From NCBI RefSeq assembly GCF_009914755.1, contig NC_060926.1: 64,000 nt of DNA; one strand, given 5' to 3'. This DNA is from the human T2T-CHM13v2.0 reference genome, Homo sapiens. The position numbers and the translations under genes are program-made. The stretch's first letter is position 1. Each line of letters opens with the position of its first letter. The notes under the pieces are model-generated. The model was given only the letters and a program-made list of their open reading frames with translations, was not told the DNA's origin and ran no database searches. Of this stretch, positions 55,858 through 64,000 are shown one piece after another.

Positions 55858-56714
55858 TTTTTTTTTTTTTTAAAGAAACACACACAGACTGAAAGTAAAG
55901 AGATGGAAAAAGATATTCCAGGAAAACACAAACCTACAGAAAACATGGTTGGGTATACTTAGATAATGTAGACTTTAATTTAAAAACTATAAAAAGAGTC
56001 AAAGAAGATCATTACATAATGATAAAGGGCACAGTTTAGCAAAAGGATATAATAAGTATAAATATATTTGCACCCAACACTGGAGAAATCAGATATATAA
56101 AGCAAATATTATTAGACCTAAAGGGAGAGATAGATCCCAGTACAGTAATAGTAGAGGACTTCAACACACCACGTCAGCATTGGACAGATCATCTAGACAG
56201 TAAATCAACATAGAAACATCAGATTTAAACTGCACTTTAGACCAAATAGACCTAACAGACACAGAGCATTTCATCCAACAGCTGTAGAACACATATTCTT
56301 TTCATCAACACATGGAACACTCTTCAGGATAGACCATATGTGCAGACACAAAACAAGTCTCAACAATTTTTTCAAAATTGAAACTATATCAAGTATCTTT
56401 CCTGATCACAGTGAAATAAAACTATAAATCAATAACAAAAGGAACTTTGGAAACTGTATGAATACATGGAAATTAAACAACATGATTCTGAAGGACCAAT
56501 GAGTCAATGAATTAAGAATAAAATTTAAAAATTTCTTGAAACAAATGAAATTAGAAACACAACATACCGGCAGGGTGCGGTGGCTCACACCTGTAATCCC
56601 AGCACTTTGGGAGGCCAAGGTGGGCAGATCACAAGATCAGGAAATCAAGACCATCCTGGCCAACATGGTAAAACCACATCTCTACTAAAAATACAAAAAA
56701 ATTAGCTGGGTGTG

Positions 56715-57347
56715 TGTTGGGGTGATCAGATCCAACACCAGGCCGTGAGGGCTACAAAGTCTTGTGGAGCCAAAGGAACAAGACAAGACAAGCGTACATA
56801 AAGTGGGACCAGGGGGCCAATGCTGGTATGGAGGCTGCGAAGGTCCTGAGCTCTGGAAGCCTGCGGTATTTATTGGTGATCAAACAAAGAAGCAGGTAGT
56901 GAGGATGTGGGGGTTGAAAGAAAGCAGTGCATCAAGTGCATAATCTACAGCTGTGACAGTTTAGCATTTTCTTTGAAGCATATGGAACATGTTCTGCTAC
57001 TTGAGATAATGGGAAACATGTTCTTCTAGTTTAAGATACAATCGATCTATGAGCCTGGGAATGCTAGAAGCAAGAAGCCAGCAAGCCTAGACACATTCCA
57101 GAGACCACGAGGGGTTTTATACCCTGAGTCCTGGATTCCATCCAAGCCACGAGGGGTTTTATGCCCTGGGCTTAGATTATGGTGTGACAGGGCAGCCTTC
57201 CACCCTTTAGCACAGAGCTTGGTGTTCCAAAGGCCGTGAGGGGTTTTAGACCCTGGACCTCGGACATACTCCAAGACTCTTTTACATTATATCAGTCATG
57301 CAAGCCCTGACTCAGCTTTTTTCCCAACACTCAGCTTTTCCCCAACA
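56715..57347 (-). mobile_element. ERVK-class solo LTR (LTR14B-like) inserted in an Alu
   Basis: TG...CA termini; 6-bp TSD ggtgtg at 56709-56714 and 57348-57353; subfamily from memory. Confidence 0.8.
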
Positions 57348-57752
57348 GGTGTGGTGGCGCGCACCTGTAATCCCAGCTACTCGGGAGGCTGAGGCAGGAG
57401 AATTGCTTGAATCCTCAAGGCAGAGATTGCAGTGAGCCAAGATCACGCCACTTTACTCCAGCCTGGTGACAGAGCTAGACTCCATCTAAAAAAAAAAAGA
57501 AAAAAAGAAACACAGCATACCAAAAGCTATGGGATAAAGCAAAAGCAGTACTAAGAGGGAAATTTATAGCAATAAATGCTGACATCAAAAACAAAAGAAA
57601 GATTTTAAATAAACAACCTAATGATGCACTTCAAGGAACTAGAAAAGATAGAACAAACCAAATTAGTAGAAGGAAATTAGTAGAAGGAAAAAAATAAAGA
57701 TCAGAGCAAAAACAAAACAAAATAGAGACTAAAATATATATATGAAAGATCA

Positions 57753-58082
<330 letters not shown>

Positions 58083-58497
58083 CTAAATTACAAAACCATT
58101 AGCTAGGCTAATTTAAAAAAGGACAGAAAACCCAAATAAATAAATCAGAAGTGAAAAGGGAGACATTACAACTGATACCACAGAAATACAATGAATCATT
58201 AGAGATTATGAAGAACTATATGCCAAGAAATTGACAAACCTAAAATAAATGGACATAATTCTAGACACATATAACCCACCAGAATTATACCAAAAGAAAT
58301 AAAAAGCATGACCAGACCAATAATAGGCAATTAAATTAAATCAGTAATAAATAAAAGTCTCACAAAAAGAAAAGCTCAGGGCCAGATAGTTTCACCGCTG
58401 AATTCTACCAAACTTTTAAAGAGCTCGCTCCAATTCTTCTTAAACTCTTCCCAAAAATTGAAAGACAGGGAATTCCAAATTCATTTCACAAAGCCAG

Positions 58498-59127
58498 TAT
58501 AAACCAAAAAAGTGTCTGAGACAGGCCTCAATCGATTTAGAAGTTTATTTTGCTAAGGTCGAGGATATACCCAGGAAAAAGAGACACAGTCACAGTAGAA
58601 TTTGGGGCCTACACTTTTTCCAAAGTGGGTTTTGAGGGCTTCAATATTTAAAGTGGAAAAACTAGGCAGGAGGAAAAAGATGAAAGAAAAAGAAGAGGGA
58701 GGATATACAGTGAAGTAAGTGGTCACATTCTTATGAGGCTTTGACCAGCACTCACTGAATCCACATGTTGCACATAATAGGAGGGAGTAAAGGAACAGTC
58801 AATTATGTATTTGTCTTGTGCTCAGTAAATCTTCATTTTACATAAGATAAAGTAAACATAGAGAAAGAAGTCAAATATGCATTTATCTCAGAGTAGGTAG
58901 GGGGATGATTTCTAGCCTTGCCTTATCCTATACTCATAAAGATAAGCTGTTAATTTACATTATCAGGGTGAGGGAGGCCACCTGAGGAGATGCATGCCCT
59001 TCTATCTTTCAGCTGTTGCTTTAAGAACAAGAAGAAAGGCAGTTTTTTGCTTGACTCAGTTTCCAAGCTTAACTCTTCCCTTTGGCATAGTGAGTTTGAG
59101 GTCTCAAGATTTTATTTTCTTGTCACA
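58498..59127 (-). mobile_element. MER4-family ERV1 solo LTR
   Basis: Reverse strand starts TGTGACAAGAAAATAAAATCTTGAGACC; 4-bp TSD ccag at 58494 and 59128; L1 resumes in register. Confidence 0.8.
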
Positions 59128-59973
59128 CCAGCATTACCCTGACACCAAAACCAGAAAAAGACACAGCAAAAAAGAAAAGTACAGGCAACCCTCAATAAAA
59201 TACTAGCATATCAAATCCAACAGAACATCAAAAAGATTATACACCATGGCCTACAGGGATTTATTCTAAGGATGCAAGAATATTTCAAAACATACCAGTC
59301 AATAAATGTGACATATCACATCAATAGAAACAATAACATAACAAAGACGATAACTTGGCTGGGCATGGTGGCTCACGCCTGTAAACCCCGCACTTTGGGA
59401 GGCCAAGGCAGGTGGATTGCTTGAGCTCAAGAGTTGGAGACCAGCCTGGCAATAGGGTAAAAACCCATTTCTAAAAAAAAAAAAAAATACAAGAATTGGC
59501 CAGGTGTGGTGGTGCATGCCTGTAGTCCCAGCTGTTTGGGAGGCTGAGGAGGGAGGATCACTTAAGCCTTCAGTGAGCCGAGATTGCACCACTGCACTCC
59601 AGCCTGGACGACAGAGCCAGACCCTGACTCAAAAAAACAAAGTAACAAAAAAAGGTAATTCAATATTCAATATATGCAGTAAAAGCATGTGATAAAATTC
59701 AATATCCCTTCATGATAAAAACTCTCAACAAATTACTATAGAAGAAACATACCTCAACATAATAAAAGCCATAGATGACAAACCCCCACAGCCAATGTCA
59801 TACCGAAGAGCAAAAAGCTGAAAACCTCTCCTCTAAGAACTGGAACAAGACAAGGATGCCCACTTTTACCACTCTTACTCAGGTAGCACCGTAAGTCTTA
59901 GCCAGAGCAATTAGACAAGAGAAAGAAATCAATGCATCCAAGTTGGAAAAGAGGAAGTCAAATTGTCCCTGTT

Positions 59974-60770
59974 TGGTTTTCATCCACTGTTTCTGGATCA
60001 TAATTCCCATACTCCTTGATACAGTCTTTTGTTATAAGGTTGGGGGCATTAGGCCTCAAGGACAGGCCTCTGACATTCTCCTGCCCTCCTTTCACTCTAA
60101 TGTTCCCCTGCCTTTCTGATTGTGAGTCTCCAGGGGGTCGCACCCTATACCTCTGGGGGAAGAATGCTGCTGCCTTGAAACTTCCATAAAAATCCAAGAG
60201 GACAGGGTTCAGTGAGCTTCCTGATAGCCGAACACATGGAAGCCGACAGGAAGGTGAAGAAAAACTCGCCCACGTGCTGGGAGGGTGGCGCACTCCAGCT
60301 CCACAGGATCAGAAGCTCCTGCATTTGGGACCCTTGCAGATCTCATCCTATATATCTCTTCATCTGGTTGTCTGCATCCTTTAAAATATACTTCTTAGTA
60401 TAACAGTAAATGTAAGCGTTTGAGTTCTGGGAGCCACTCTAACAAATTAATTAAATCCAAAGAGGGTGTTGTGGGAACCCCAACTTGAAGGCAATCAGTC
60501 AGAAGTTCCAGAGGCCTGGACTTGGGACCGGTGGGTTAGGGGAAGGAGAGAATAGGCTTGGGGACTGAGTCCTTAACCTGTGGGATCTGGCACTCTCTCC
60601 ATGTAAATAGTGTTAGAATGGAATTGAAGAACATTCAGCTGGTGTCTGCTGCTTGGTTGTGGGAAAGATCCCCATACATCTGGTCATAGAAGTTTTCTTC
60701 TGTGTAGATGATTGTTGAGATGGGAGAGTAGAGGAAAACATGATTTGAGGAGAGATTTTTCCCCATGCAT
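59974..60770. mobile_element. MER21-like LTR
   Basis: cctgtgggatctggcactctctcc...cagctggtgtctgctgc...catctggtcatagaagt motifs. Confidence 0.7.
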
Positions 60771-62436
60771 ATGAAGAAAAACTTTCTCTGCTGAATTCTA
60801 CCAAATTTTCAAAGAACTCACTCCGATTCTTCTCAAACTCCTCCAAAAAATTGAAAGAGAAGGAATTCTAAATTCATTTCACAAAGCAAGCATACACCAA
60901 AAAAGTGTCTGAGACAGGTCTCAATCAATTTAGAAGTTTATTTTGCCAAGGTCGAAGATGTACCTAGGAAAAAGAGACGCAGTCATGGTAGGATTTGGAG
61001 CCTACACTACTTTTTGGTAGTCTTAGAACTGATAAACAAATTCAGTAAAGTTGAGAATGTAAAATCAGCATACAAAAATTAGTAGCATTTCTATGCACCA
61101 ATAACAAACTTTCTGAAAATGAAATCAAGAAAGCAATTGTATTTTAAAAGGCGACCAAAAAAAAAATGCCTAGGAATAAATTTAACCAAGGAGGTGAAAG
61201 ACCTCTACAATGAAAACAATAAAAGACTGATGAAAAAAATTGAAGAGGACCTAAAAATGAAAAGACATTCCATGTTCATGGGTTGGAAGAATTAATATTG
61301 TTAAAATGACCACACTATTCCAAATGATCTACAGATTAAGTACAATCTCTATCAAAATATCAATGATATTCTTTGCAGAAATAAAAACAATCCTAAAATT
61401 CATATGGAACCACAAAAGACTTGGACTAGCCAAAGCAAACCTGAGAAAAAGAACCAAGCTGGAGGCATCACACTACCTGACCTCAAAATATAGTGCAAGA
61501 TAGTAACCAGAAAAGCACAGTACTGGCATAAAAACAGGTACATAGACTACTGAAACAGAATAGAGAACCCAGAAATAAATACATGTATCTACAGCCAACT
61601 GATTTTCAACAAAGACATCAAGAATATACATTGGCAAAAGGACAGCCTCTTCAATAAGTGGTAATGAGAAAACTGGATATCCATATGCAGAAGAATAAAA
61701 CTAGACCCCTATCTCTCACCATATACAAAAATAAACTCAAATGGATTACAGACTTAAATGCAAGACCCAAAACTATAAAACTACCAGAAGAAAACATAAG
61801 GAAAATGCTTAGGTCATTGATCTAGGCAAATATTTTATGGATGAGAACACAAAAGCACAGGCAACAACGAAAAAATAGACAAATGGGATTATATCAAACT
61901 CAAAAGCCTCTGCACAGCAAAGGAAACAACAGAGTAAAGAGTCAACTTGCAGAATGGAAGAAACTATTTACAAACTACTCATTTGACAAGGGATTAACAT
62001 CCAGAATAAACAAAGAACTCAAATAACTCAACAGCAAATAAAACACAACAAAAAATAACCCTATTTTTTTTAAATGGGCAAATGATCTAAGTAGGCATTT
62101 TTCAAAAGATCTACAAATGGCCAACAAGTATAAGAAAAAAATGCTTAATATCACTAACCATCAGGGAAATGAAAATCTAAACTGCAATGAGATTTCATTT
62201 CATCCCAATCAGAATAGCTATTGTCAAAAAGACAAAAAATAACAAATACTGGAGAGGATGCAGATTAAAGGGAATTCTTACACACTGTTGGTGGATATGT
62301 AAATTAGTACAGCCGCTATGGAAAACAGTATGGAGGTTCCTCAAAAAACTAAAAATTAAGCTACCACATGATCCAGCAATCCCATCACTGGATATACATC
62401 CAAAGAAAAGAAAATCAGTACGTTAAAGAGATATCT

Positions 62437-64000
<1,564 letters not shown>

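Noticed and set aside
57100-57250. Spaced repeats (ccacgaggggtttta) resembling a CRISPR-like array
   Set aside because: Only three copies, internal to a retroviral LTR in primate DNA.

Overview
Primate, almost certainly human, genomic DNA rich in Alu, L1 and LTR elements. Bases 1 to ~40,100 carry the 3' three-quarters of an RGPD gene (RANBP2-like and GRIP domain-containing) on the + strand. It has 13 RANBP2-derived exons (equivalent to RANBP2 exons 8-20, including a 2,224-nt exon with two Ran-binding domains) and 3 GCC2-derived exons (coiled coil plus GRIP), ending in ...AQGEE*. The spliced frame is open from 2122 to the TAA at 38284-38286. The C-terminus and residue pattern best fit RGPD4 as I recall it; RGPD3 cannot be excluded without alignment. 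The RANBP2/GCC2 fusion breakpoint appears at ~23,859. Downstream is a duplication/repeat mosaic: a two-exon ANAPC1 fragment, Tigger2, stacked L1s with nested Alu and LTR insertions, and a frameshifted RPL22 retrocopy. I see no wholly new biological system; this is a known gene family. The most notable points are the Met at the RANBP2 Thr585 (ANE1) position, a coding remnant recycled as a splice acceptor, several phase-1 optional exons at the fusion, a doubly damaged GRIP domain, and several local templated duplications. All comparisons to RANBP2, GCC2, ANAPC1, RPL22 and repeat consensi are from memory, not from a search.
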